From: Squalus acanthias
Taxonomy: Eukaryota
Assembly: GCA_030390025.1 (NCBI GenBank)
Contig: CM059432.1
Location: 68,884,001-68,948,000, forward strand
DNA: 64,000 bases
Reading direction: 5' to 3'
Of the stretch, positions 23,279 to 35,551 are shown piece after piece. Each line of letters begins with the position of its first letter. Positions within the stretch are counted from its first letter, which is position 1. The notes under the pieces are model-generated. The model worked only from the letters and a program-made list of their open reading frames with translations. It made no database searches and was not told the DNA's origin. A program made the translations under genes and the position numbers.

Positions 23279-24579
23279 GCTTGGCAGCAAAATGGATTAC
23301 AGGTCTCTCCAGGCTGAGATTCAAGGCTGCAATGAGCAGGGTGTGGCTGGGGAGCAAGTGGCCCCCCCCGCTTTAAGAAGTGTCCGGCGCCAGTGTGTCT
23401 GTGTTCCCTCGCTAACTGGCAGCAGCTGCGCTGCGCTCGTGCGCTGAGGTAGCGCCTCACTCCTTGGCCTTTGCGCCTTAAGAGAGGTGTGCAGCACCTA
23501 ATTTAGCGCTCCACTCACCTCCCGGGGCGGTAAAAGTGAAGTTTCCTGTCAGTGCCAATAATTAGCGCCAGGCGCTAATATTTGCGCCCGGACGATATTT
23601 GCGCCCCAAATGGGGCGCGACCTAATTTCTACCCCTTTGTGTTTTACTTAATGCTGTTTTTATATTATAGAACTGCTTTGTAATATTGTCTTAGGCTCTC
23701 AGAACTTTGGAATCCACCTGATTATATTGTGGGGCAGATTTCATAGCACTGGAGCAACAGATAAACAACTATAGCATATTCACAGTTGTTTTGATGTTGT
23801 GGCTCTCCACTTTGTATTCTGGCCACCAGGCCTTTCCCAGTTGTTGGTGAACTAGCCAAAGAGCAAAAAATTGCATCATTGCACAGGTGGTCTGAACCAC
23901 AGGCAGATGGAAAGTTCGGTGGCGTTTATCTCTGGTGCCAATTCTATTTCATCACTGAGTCAGCACTGCCTCTGGAGGCATTGGCGAAGCTCTCCCTTCA
24001 GTAGGGCTCAGCTCCTCTAGAGGCCTCATTTACTTTATAGTACTACAGCCAGGATGGTTTTTCAGGGGAGGTAGAGGAAGAAACTCGTTTTTTCTTAAAA
24101 TAGGAGATCACAGAGGGTGATTAGTGGTGTGAGGCTATGATCAAATAATCATGCATGATCTTTGGATGGAGCAGGCTTGATGGGCCAAATGGCCTTTCTT
24201 GCTCTGGGGCTTTCTCATTCTTATGTTCATTGGGGCAAAACCCTATTGGAAACAAGATGTAATGCCTTCCATTAACTTATACTGATACTTGCATGCAGAT
24301 TTTTTTGTGTAATATTAATTTATTGTTCCCTCAGTGAATAGGCCAATATGCGCAATTCTGCCCACTTTTCTTTGCAAACAAGCTCAAGTAGTCCAATTGA
24401 GCCATTTTGGGTTTTCCATTTAATTGAAGGCTCATCTCTACCAGTACAACTGTGGTGCATTACATTTACACAGAGGCTAGCAAATAGCTTTGCTGTTCAC
24501 TTTGATTCACTCAAGCCCATCAAATCTAACCCTGACCTGATCTGAACCGCATATCGTACTCCTCCAGCTTAATTATAAT

Positions 24580-25341
24580 GGCCCGTATTTTCCGGTCGCA
24601 GGCCTCCCGCGGGCGGAGGCCTGTGATCTGGAAAAATCTACGCCCTTACCTGAGGGCTCCCGGGACGCACACGCTTCCGATCCTGGGCCTCACCAAACTG
24701 CAAGTGCGCAGGGCCCACGTATCCCAGAGGCGCATGTAGTTCGCAGCGTCCCTGGGATCACGTGGGCCATGGGGAGCCAATCACAGAAGGGAATCTCCCT
24801 TCATACACTTGACAGGAAGACCTGTCAAATATATGAATGGAGATCACCCCAAAAACATAGTAAAACTTTAAATAATTTTTTTTAAAAAATCACATTTTTA
24901 AAATGACTTGAAATTACAATAAATTAAGTATTTTAAACAAAAATTTAATTTTTTGAAAAATATAATTATAGTTTTTTACAGGGCTAAAAATAAACTTACC
25001 TTTTTTTAAAGTATTTTTAAATGATAAATCAGTGAAAAAATTTTTTTTTTTTTTACTTTTTTCAACTCTTATCCTGGTAAAAGCAGGCCTTACACCTGCT
25101 TTTACCAGCCGTAAGAATTGTAAGGGTTTTCTGCAGGCGGAGGGTCTCCAAAAAGCAGAACTCTCCGCCCACAGAGGCCCTTCTCCAGGGCAGCCGGAGA
25201 ATCTGTCAAGAGTATTCTTGACAGATCGGAAATGCCGGTTTTCAGCGCATGCACTGTGCATGCCTGAAACCGGCATTTCCGATGTCCTTACGGGTGGGTA
25301 CACAGCGCGTACCCACCCGTAGGGATCGGAATATCTGGGCC
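24580..25341. mobile_element. Harbinger-type MITE (762 bp), hairpin-rich
   Basis: TIRs GGCCCGTATTTTCCGGTC / GGCCCAGATATTCCGATC (rc) and AAT TSD on both sides. Inverted homolog at 46486-47058. Confidence 0.85.
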
Positions 25342-26384
25342 AATATAAATTTCAATGTCAGTGTTAAAAAATCCAAACCCTTTAATACAAACTAAAGAAA
25401 GCTTGTTTTTCATTCAACCTGACCACACTGGAGGGAAGGTCAGGTTTTCACTGCTGAGGAGTCATTACCCTGACTTTACACAGCAGGTTTCACCAAGCCA
25501 TCGAGTCTGGTCAAGACCAAAACTTGCAGTATAAGCTGGGCTGTATGTTCACATCTCTGCAAATACGCCCTACGCTGGTAAGGTATGATCCTATATGGTA
25601 TCTGTTTTCTTGAACATATCCACTAAGGGAGGGAGAGGCTTGTTATTCTATAGTCTATGCCTATTAACAACTCTTTTTTTTCTGTTCAGTTTTCTCTCCT
25701 TTTCTTCTGAAGGTCCTGAATCATGCTGTGATACAGTTGCACATGTGTCAGTTGTCCTTTGATACCTCACTCAAGTGACCAGTCTTCATGTGTGACCCTT
25801 GATTGTGTAAGGGTAGGCTATGTGATCATGGGACCATCTGATACAGTCCTTATCTGATGACCACCCACAGATATAAGCACTTTCCAGACACTGTTACTAG
25901 AACAATGATTGACCACAGGAATTCTGCAAAGTCCCTCACCAGACCACACTGACATATTTCAAAATTTCTGTCCACTTCCTATCCCGGGGCACTGAGGCCA
26001 ATGATAACACTCCTACAGCTGAGGCAACTGTGCTGCAAAAATTGTATGTGTTTCAAAGAAACAAGTGCCCTCAGATACAGCTCACATGCCATAGTTATTC
26101 TGAGACTATAATATGGGTTCTGTATTTCCATAGAACAAGGTTTGATTGAGTGGCCCTACTAGTTAGTCAGCGACCTGTCAGTGTGACAGCTCAATAACAC
26201 ATTTGCTTTCTTTTCATCCACTCTTGAAGTTAGTCATTCATGCTAGAGTACAGTTATAGAGACCCATCAGCACTGTTTTTGTCCAAGTGGCTGTTGCCAA
26301 GAACTGGTATCTTCCATCTTCAGAGCAATATTTGCTTAAGTCCCTACCTCTCTCCCACCATTAGCCAAACCCTGATCTATGCCT

Positions 26385-26740
26385 TTATCACCTGAGGATT
26401 GACTTTACAAATGTTCTCTTTGTTGGCATCTCTGCCTCTGCCACAAACATCAGTTAATCCAGAACTCTGCGGACCACATCCTCTCCTCTCAGATCCATCA
26501 GCTTTGTCCTTGACAAGCTCCACTGGCTCCCTGTGTCATAGCAGATCAAAACCCTTGTTCTAATCTTTAAATCCTTCCGCAGCCTCAATCCATCCTATCT
26601 GAGTGAACTACCCTCTGCTCCACTCTTGGAGGTTAATTATTCACTCACCATATCCCAAAACTCTTGAATTCTCTCTCAAAATGCTACCTCCTTCCTTGCT
26701 TTTAAAAGCCTTCTCAAAACACTTTCTTTGACTGTGATTT
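26385..26740 (+). mobile_element. Old, degenerate L2 fragment
   Basis: ATCCAGAACTCTGC..., CTCCACTGGCTCCCTGT (LHWLP) and TTTAAAAGCCTTCTCAAAAC blocks collinear with 18600-19050. Confidence 0.6.
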
Positions 26741-28886
26741 CAGGTTTTCCTTGTAAACTTCTTAGGTGTTCTGAGATCTTCTTGAGCAGATAATGTAGGT
26801 CGACACATTAATGCATGTTCTTTTTGTTTGAGATTGGACAGTGTTTGACCATGCAAGCCAGATATAAATATTAATATAAAGCTCAGCTATAGCTGACTTG
26901 CACACATACTTCAAGAGGTAGCTGGATCTGAATCAGAACCAGGAAGCCTGGTAAAGAATGACCACTTAGGCGAGGTACCAAAGGGCACTGGCACTTGTCA
27001 TTTAGCACCTCTTCAGAAGAACAGTTGAGAAAATTGAAGAAAAAATAAGACTTGTCAAATGCATAGCCTATAGAATAACAAGACCCCGTAGCCCAGGGAT
27101 CTGGAGGTAAATTGTAGTGTAGAATCTTCCTGACCTGCATGGTTTACTATTACACCATATGGTGCATGCACCCACTAAGCCAGCAAATGTGCTGAAAACT
27201 ATGTTTCTTTTAAATCTAGTTGGAAGTAAGAAAGGATAGTAGGTGGAATATAATGCCTGTAGCATTCAGCAACATGATGTAGGGTTGAACTGGAAAAGTT
27301 AGTGGTGGTAACAAAGGAGTATATGGTCTTGAGCCCATCGCCAAGTCACACCGGCATATTTTAAAATAACCGATGCTGTTGAAACCAATGCCCAAGGTGG
27401 GTAGTTTACATTTGCATTCATTCCGAGTACAGAAATCAGCTTGAGTATATTGAAATCAGATTACAGACAATTTTAGATCTGTTCCAACTCTTGAAACATA
27501 GAGTAACCAAATTCTTCATGGTTTCTAAAGAAACATTTTTACACAAATCACATTGATACAGGTGTAAAATTTTGGTATAGCTCTTCTTCTGAACTGACTT
27601 ATGTTAAATTTTTTCCACTCCACATGACTCAGATGAAATGTTAACTGTGTAGTCCAGACTTTTGGTTCAACGATAACAAGATTTGCTTGTGCCGGGGGTT
27701 TGCTTGCCTCAGGTTCCTGATAAGCAAATAGTTTTAAGCCCTGAAGTGATGTCACTGGGGAAAGCTTGTTTTGATGAATTCCCTAATTCCTTCTTGCATA
27801 GGTCTTGGCTTTTATTCTTGTTACAAACCTATAGACAACTTTGCAACAACAATTTTTTTGTCTAGTTTTGATTTGTTTTTTTTGTTTCTGTGCTTGATGT
27901 TCTATCAGCAACGTACAAGTTTTGTTATTTTTCCTGTAATGTTTGTTGGAACGCAGCTGTAGTTTATTTTTCTTCTGAAGTGGCAGGAAGGGAAATCTGG
28001 AAAAATATAGCTCATATGTCATTAGCAATTACTTGGCCGGTATGCGTGGTATCGGTGTGATGACAGTTTAACGTATGTTCAGGTTAACTTTCTGAGTAAC
28101 AAGTCTTTGCCCGAGGAAATAGCTAAACAAACCAACGTTTGCTACCCTATATGACAGGCAAAGGCAAGATGTCCTGAACTTGACCATTCATTTCACCTTC
28201 TTCCTCTGACTAAATGTGTAAGGAAACAACACACCCTAAGGAGGAGACTGCTCCATTTGACTAAAAAAAAATCCCTTTGAAAGATCTGCCTCCAAAAAAG
28301 GGAGAGGGACATTAAATTTACAGTACTCTAATTGAAGTTCTAATGCCTGTGCCAAAGAATGAAGTGTGTGATCTAATTACAGAATGCCTACTTAATCGGC
28401 TCGCTTTAACTCTCCAAACAGTACTGCGGCTGAGCCCATGGTGCAGTCAGAAGCTGGTTCATGTAAACTGATGAAACAAAAATAAATTATGTAAAATAGC
28501 ACAGTTACTGTGCAGGCCACATAATGTGATTAACAGTTAAAAGAATCATTTGCTTAGTGTTCTCACTTTTAGAATGACTACTTTTATTTGCTGTTGGAAC
28601 CAGTATGATAGACTTGATGACCAAAGTCAGATTGGTGACCAATCAAATGACAAGCATGCACAGCCACAAGGCTACTTTTGATCAAAGGAATACTTTTGAT
28701 GTACTGCTGTAGCCAGCTAGTGCCAATTTTGATGCCAATCTGAAGGAAAGTGGTATCAGAAAACAAGGACAAAGGAACACTAAATCAAAGTAACATCAAA
28801 TGGAAATATGGTACTTCAGTTCAATGGAGGGGGATTGGAGTTTCATGCTCAATGTCAATGTGCTGTTGTCTAGAGCTGGTTGTTAT

Positions 28887-29190
28887 AGAAACATAGAAGA
28901 TAGGAGCAGGAGTAGGAGTAGGCCATTCGGCCCCTCTAGCCTGCTCCACCATTCAATGCGATCATGGCTGATCATCCAAATTCAGAACCCTGTCCCTGCT
29001 TTCTCCCCATATCCCTTGATCCCTTTAGCCTTAAGAAATATATCCAACTCCTTCTTGAATATATTTAATGAATTGGCCTCTACTGCCTTCTGTGGTAGAG
29101 AATTCCACAGGTTCACCACTCTCTGGGTGAAGAAATTCCTCCTCATTTCTGTCCTAAATGGCTTACCCCTTATCCTTAGACTGTGACCCC
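28887..29190 (-). mobile_element. CR1 LINE 3' end
   Basis: rc encodes RRNFFTQRVVNLWNSLP plus the CR1 3'UTR and tail. Confidence 0.85.
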
Positions 29191-29945
29191 TTATTAGGAA
29201 TAACCTTGCATTTTTGATATGGATGTTTTGGAGGGTGATCCAGGAATGTAGTGGAAGAAAAAGGCAGGCAACACATTTGCAAAGTCTTCAGCCTTGTCTT
29301 TTCTACTCACATGCTGGGCTCTACCACAGTTGATCTTGGCATGTTCATGGAGCGTTCACCTCCTGTCAGTTGCCTGGTTGTCCACCACCATTGTCATTGG
29401 GATGTGGTAGGGCTACAGAACTTTTCTCTGATTCACTAGATAAAGAAATCTAGCCCCTTGGTTGCTGACTGTGCCCTGCTGTGCTCTAGATGTTGATTTC
29501 TAGCTATTGGTGTCTAAGGATTTATTTGGTAAGCAACAGGTTGTTAGCAGACCTAAATTACACTGCCATCCATAGGTGCCTCCCCACCCAAAAGAAAATG
29601 GAACTGTTTGCATACATATGCAGAGCTCTGCTCCTTGGTTCCAAATACAGATTTAAAATGTTATGTTCGTAGAAGGTTGATATTCCTGTCAGATCTCTGT
29701 TAACACTAGAAAGACTCAAAATTAAGTTTAAAGGCTGTATTTTTATTAGCGCCGTTCCAAACTTGGATTCTGGAAGACAGGTATCCATGAACCAGCTCCT
29801 GTCATTCCTGTTGCTAAATCTGGCTCCCATATGTCAGCAACAATCCCGTAGACTCAAAAATATGAGTCTGCTTCCAGCTTAAAGGAGAACGATTTAGATG
29901 GGGGCCAGTTCACAGACAATGATCCCAGGGACTCTGAATTAAAAT

Positions 29946-30341
29946 GAAAGAAAGAAAAACTTGCATTTCTATAGCACCTTTCACAATCTCAGGATGTCCC
30001 AAAGTGCTTTACAACCAATGAAGTACTTTTGAAGTGTAGTCACTGTTGTAATGTAGGAAACGCGGCAGCCAATTTGTGCATAGCAAGCTCCCACAAACAG
30101 CAATGTGATAATGACTAGATGATCTGTTTTTTAGTGATATTGATTGGGGGATAAATATTGGCTGGGACACCGTGGATAATTCCTCAGCTCTTCTTCGAAA
30201 TAGTGCCATGGAATCTTTTACGTCCATCTGAGAGAGGGGCCTTAGTTTAACATCTCATCCAAAAGACGGCACCTCCAACAGTGCAGCACTCCCTCAGTAC
30301 TGCACTGGAGTGTCAGCCTAGAATTATGTGCTCAAGTCTCT
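29946..30341 (-). mobile_element. Deu-domain SINE
   Basis: Reverse complement of 1085-1500. Confidence 0.85.
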
Positions 30342-30439
30342 GGGTGCAAATATAAAAGTGGTTGAAGAGTTCCTATCTACCCAAATGGACCAACTGTGGG
30401 CATTTTAATGTTGGCTTTGCACCAAACAGCTGTCGTTAT

Positions 30440-30530
30440 ATGAAAGGTCATCGACCTGAAACGTCAACTCTCTTTCTCTCTCCACGGATGCTGCCTGGCC
30501 TGCTGAGTTTTTCCAGCGTTTTCTGTTGTT
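30440..30530 (+). mobile_element. Short Penelope terminal fragment beginning inside the hammerhead core
   Basis: TGAAAGGTCATCGACCTGAAACGTCAACTC...GATGCTGCCTGGCCTGCTGAGTTTTTCCAGC matches the rc of 4505-4590. Confidence 0.75.
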
Positions 30531-31161
30531 ATGTCGTTATATTACAGTGGGTGCAAAGTCCAAGTAGTGTCCACCTGCTTTTTGATTGCACAAGACTGCG
30601 CTAGTGTGGCTGAAGCACAGGTTTTGTACAGCTGACTGCAAGCCGAATGCAAAACTATTGGGACTTACTATGAGCTGCAGCCTGGAAACCAGTTTTTAGT
30701 GGATTTCTCTGCCACGAGGTCTGAACAATTCTTGCCAGCTTTACATTTGGTTTGAAGAAGACCTTCACTTTGGAAACAGAGCACTATAGGGCAGGTCTCA
30801 CGCAATCTAAAAGCAGCTTGAAACTACTTACAAAAGGCAGTTTCACACCTCTTATTTTAAGTGTATTTCAGGTGACCTCAGGTGAAACATTTCATGTGAA
30901 ATTACACCACACTGTTTGCTGAAACTGTTTCACATTGATGCAAACTATGCAGTATAATTAGTTTATTGCTTTCAGTGTATAGCTTCCTAGCTGCTGGTGT
31001 CCAGCTGCTGAAGGATGACAATTGGTCTTAGTTGCACTAATGTGCCAAATAGATACTGTCAACGATGTTGAATTCTATGCCAGGTATCACTTCAGATGTA
31101 ATCAAATTTTTAATCTCATATTTATGCTTCTTTTGCAGGCAGGTTATCTGAGATGAAAGTG

Positions 31162-31617
31162 TTAGCCGTGGCTCAGTTGGTGGCACACTCGCCTCTGAGT
31201 GAGCAGGTTGTGGATTTAAGTCTCACTCTGTGAGATTTAAGCACATAATCTAGGCTGACACTTCAGTGCAGTACTGAGGGAGTGTTGCACTATCAGAGGT
31301 TCTGTCTTTTGGATGAGACGTTAAACCGAGGCTCCTTCTCAGGTGATGTAAAAGATTTCATAGCACTATTGGAAGAAGAGCAGGGAATTTCTCCCGGTGT
31401 CTTGGCCGATATTTATCCCTCAACCGACATCACTAAAGTAAATTATCTGGTCATTATCATAGTGCTGTTTGTGGGAACTTGCTGTGCGCAAATTGGCTGC
31501 CGCGTTTCCTACATTATAACAATGGCTACACTTCAAAAGTACTTCATTGGCTGTAAAGCACTTTGGGACGTTCTGAGATGATGAGAGGCACTATATAAAT
31601 GAAAGTCTTTCTTTCTG
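31162..31617 (+). mobile_element. Full-length Deu-domain SINE with tRNA-derived head
   Basis: A-box TGGCTCAGTTGG (31169-31180), degenerate B-box, Deu core and L2-like tail. Confidence 0.85.
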
Positions 31618-32411
31618 TGGTCCTGTCCTGTTCCACTTGAAGTTTTCTGTACAGTTGTACTGTTTACCACAGACACAGAGCAAACTCATTTTGAATGGAC
31701 TCTGACACTTCTAACGAACATACATACATTCCTTCATCAGTCCAATAATTACACTCATGCGACCATCATTATGTTTCAACTCTCCATATAGAGTATAAGG
31801 TTTCAACAGACACAGTTTTTCTTAATGCCAACATAATTGCACAGTTTTGGTATATACCTCCCCATATGTTAGTCTCTTTGAAAAAGATATTTGACAGAAC
31901 CACGTGGATTAACAACTAAAATAAAATTCAAGCAAGTTTAATTACTTTTTTCTTTTCTTCATTATTTTGTATTGCGACAAGACATCAATTTTCTTCAAGC
32001 ATGTAACTGATGGATGGGTTTTAGAAGATTTTATTTTCATGATATACTGGCTTATTCATTATTCTGGATAGCAACATTACAAACAATAAAACATTTTATT
32101 TTAATGATATATTGGTTTATTCATTATGCACAATTACAGCATTACAAACAATAAAACATGAACTTTACTAACTGACATTTTCTTGACAGCACTTGTTGCT
32201 AATGACCTGATTACCCACAAAAAAAACCCCACTACTATAGAAATGTATTTATTTTTCATCAGGTTCTCTCTGCTCCTGAAGGCGTTGATTCTTGCTAGCC
32301 TTAGTCCCACAGGCACTGGCTGTCCTCCAGTAGCTTCACCCAAATGGTCAGTTTTCATGCAGGAGCTAAGATAGTGAAAAGGCTGGGGCCTAGGCAACCC
32401 TCCCCTTTCCA

Positions 32412-33150
32412 ACAACAACTTGTATTTTTATAGCGCCTTTAACATCGTAAAACGTCCCAAGGCATTTCACAGGAGCGTTATAAAACAAAATTTGACACCG
32501 AGCTACATAAGGAGAAATTAGGGCAGGTCAAAGAGGTAGGTTTTAAGGAGTGTCTTAAAGGAGGAAAGAGAGGTAGAGAGGCAGAGAGGTTTAGGCAGGG
32601 AATTCCAGAGCTTAGGGCCTAGGCAACAGAAGGCACGGCCACCAATGGTTGAGGGATTAAAATCAGGGATGCTCAAGAGGCCAGAATTAGAGGAGTGCAG
32701 ATATCTCGGGGGGTTGAGGAGATTACAGAGATAGGGAGGGACAAGACCAAGGAGGGATTTGAAAACAAGGATGAGAATTTTAAAATCAAGGCGTTGCTTA
32801 ACCGGGAGCCAATGCAGGTCAACAAGCACAGGAGTTGATGGATGAACGTGACTTGGTGTGAGTTAGGACACGGGCAGCCGAGTTTTGGATGACCTCAAGT
32901 TTTGTGGAGGGTAGAATGTGGGAGGCCAGCCAGGAGTGTGTTGGAATAGTCAAGTCTAGAGGTAACAAAGGCATGGATGAGGGTTTCAACAGCAGATGAG
33001 CTGAGGCAAGGGCCGAGTCGGGCGATGTTATTGACGTGGAAATAGGCGGTCTTAGTTATGGCGCGGATATGTGGTCAGAAGCTAATTTCAGGGTCAAATA
33101 TAACACCAAGGTTGCGAACCATCTGGTTCAGCCTCAGACAACTGCTAGCG
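32412..33150 (-). mobile_element. L2 LINE 3' fragment
   Basis: ORF 32518-32829 reads DLHWLPVKQRLDFKILILVFKSL..GPKLWNSLP..FKTLLKTYLF, plus tail. Confidence 0.9.
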
Positions 33151-33154
33151 AGAG

Positions 33155-35535
33155 ATCCGGCTGCCTGGGGTAGGTGAGTGCCAGAGATGCTCCTCCAGTG
33201 GCACTAGCACAGCCTGCCTCATGCAAATTAAGTGCCTTCCCTTTAGACCCACAAACCAGGTCAACACTAATCTTGCCAACCTCCTTTCCGTCCTACTCAC
33301 CCCTCCCAGTGCTGACCCTGTGAATCAGCTAGCACCACCTCTCTCTGCATCTCCCTCCAGAATATCCGTTCACTTGTAAACAAGCCATCCATGAGCTTAT
33401 TGTGGATGATTACATGATATCATGGCCTTGTCGGAGACTTGGCTGACGGGTAATGATCCTTCCCCCTTAATGAAGCCTCCACATCTGGCGATACCTTCCA
33501 CCACTTTCTCTGTCCAGACCGGCATGGTGGCAGTGTGGCCTTTATCAACAAATTGCATCTTGGTCTATCCCCCTGCTCCTCTGGCACCTTCTCCGCCTTT
33601 GAGCTTCTCACCTTGTTCCACCCCACTCACCTCTTCTTTAAAATCTCATTCTCTGCCACCCACCCAAGTACCTCGCCAGTTACTCACTGAAATAGCTTCA
33701 CTGCTTTCCTCCCTCAGCCTCTGCACTGAGCCACATCTCATCCTCGGTGATTTCAATCTCCATCTCAACTCATCATGCCCTCTCTCCTCTTCGTTTACTG
33801 CCCTCCTATCCTCCCTGAATCTTTCCCTCCATATAAACTCCCCATATTGACGGCCACCCCTTGACCTTGCCATCTCACATAGCCTCGCTACACACATCGG
33901 TCAATCACAGATAAGGCCATCTCTGATCAGTTCCTTTTATCCCTCTCCACTCACATCCCCCTTCCCCCTCCCAACCCCACTTCTTTCTGTATCTTCCGCT
34001 GGAAAAAACTCTCCTCCAAGTCACTTACAACGGCACTTTCAAATTCCCAACTGTCTAGCCTTTAGGCTTCCATTCACTACGAGATTTCTGCAGTTACCGA
34101 ACTGCTCAATCACACCCTCTCCTCCTCCTTTGATGCCGTTGTCCCCACTAAAACCATTACCCCCTCTCACCCTGGTCATTTCACCTGGTACGGCCCGCTT
34201 CTCCACCCAGTTAAGTCCAAGGGATGCAGATTTGAATGTTTATGGCGCACAACAGCTTTAGCCATTCATCGCCAGATCCGGCTGGACTACATAAAGTACT
34301 ATCGGGCCCTGCACTCCTCGACCAAAACGTGTCACTGTTCCAGGATTATCCTGGAATGCAAAGATACCCCCTGGCTTCTCTTCTCCACTACAAACCATCT
34401 TCTGAAACTCCTCTCCCCTGCCTCCTCCACCCTCACCTCCAATAACAAGTGCGAGGAGCTCATGGACTTCTTTGTCATAAGAGTAAAGCCATCTGTTCAG
34501 CTGCATCTGCTGCTTTTTCCTTTCCCCTAGCCCAGCAAGCCAAACTTCCACTAAGGTTCCCCCCGTCCAAGCCCTGAACTCGCATCTTTCTCTAGTTTGT
34601 CTCTTATCTCCCCTCATGCCCTCTCTGAACACATCTTGTCCATGAGACCCACCTCCTGCTCCCTCGACCCTATTCCCACCAAACTGTTGACCACCCAACT
34701 TCCCCTCCTGGCCCCCATGTTAGCTGATATTGTTAATGGTTCCCTCTCCTCAGGTACTGTCCTCCTCCCCTTTAATTCTGCAGTCATCATCCCCTCCTCA
34801 AAAAAAACACATTTGACCCTCTGTCCTTGAAAACTACTGCCCCATCCCTAACCTCCCTTTCCTCTCCAAAGTGCTTGAACGTGTTGTCACATCCCAAATC
34901 CATGCCCATCTTTCCCGCAACTCCATGTTTTACCCTACCAATCAGGTTTCTGCCCCCGTCACAGTACCGAAACGGCCCTCATCAAAGTCACAAATGACAT
35001 CCTCTGTGACTGTGATTGTGGTAAACTGCCCCTCGCGACATCATCCGAAAACACAACATCAGGTTCCACATGTACACTTACGACACCCAGCTCTACCTCA
35101 CCACCACTTTTCTCAACCCCTCCACTGTCTCTGATTTGTCATGTTGCTTGTCCAACATCCAGTCCTAGATAAGCAGAAATTTCCTCCAACTAAATATTGG
35201 GAAGATCAAAGACATTGTCTTCGGCATCCACAACAAACTCTGTTCCCTAGCCACTGATTCCATCCCTCTCCCTGGTCACTGTCTGAGGCTGAACCAGACT
35301 GTTCGCAACCTTGACGTCATATTTGACACTGAGATGAGCTTCTGACCACATATCTGCTCCAACACCAATACCACCAACTTCCATCTCCATAACATCAGCC
35401 GTCTCCTCCCCTACCTCAGCTGATCTGTTGCTGAAACCCTCATCTATGTCTTTGTTACCTCTAGACTTGACTATTCCAGTGCTCCCCTGGCCGGCATCCC
35501 ATCTTCCACACTCCATAAAGTTGAACTCATCCAAA
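33155..35535 (+). mobile_element. Degenerate L2 LINE ORF2 (AP endonuclease plus RT)
   Basis: ALSETWL, LILGDFNLH, SCSLDPIPTKLL, IVNGSLSSG and SKVLERVV motifs across several frames, with many frameshifts. Confidence 0.9.
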
Positions 35536-35551
35536 GGGTGAGTTGTTGTTG

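Larger units (their letters stand above)
19488..23635. mobile_element. Full-length PIF/Harbinger DNA transposon (4,148 bp)
   Basis: TIRs GGGGTAAAAATT / GGGGTAGAAATT (rc, 11/12 match) and TTT TSD (19485-19487, 23636-23638). CpG-rich subterminal regions. Convergent transposase and Myb-like genes. Confidence 0.95.

Noticed and set aside
31162..31240. tRNA gene
   Set aside because: The A/B boxes are the head of a SINE, and no complete cloverleaf is evident.
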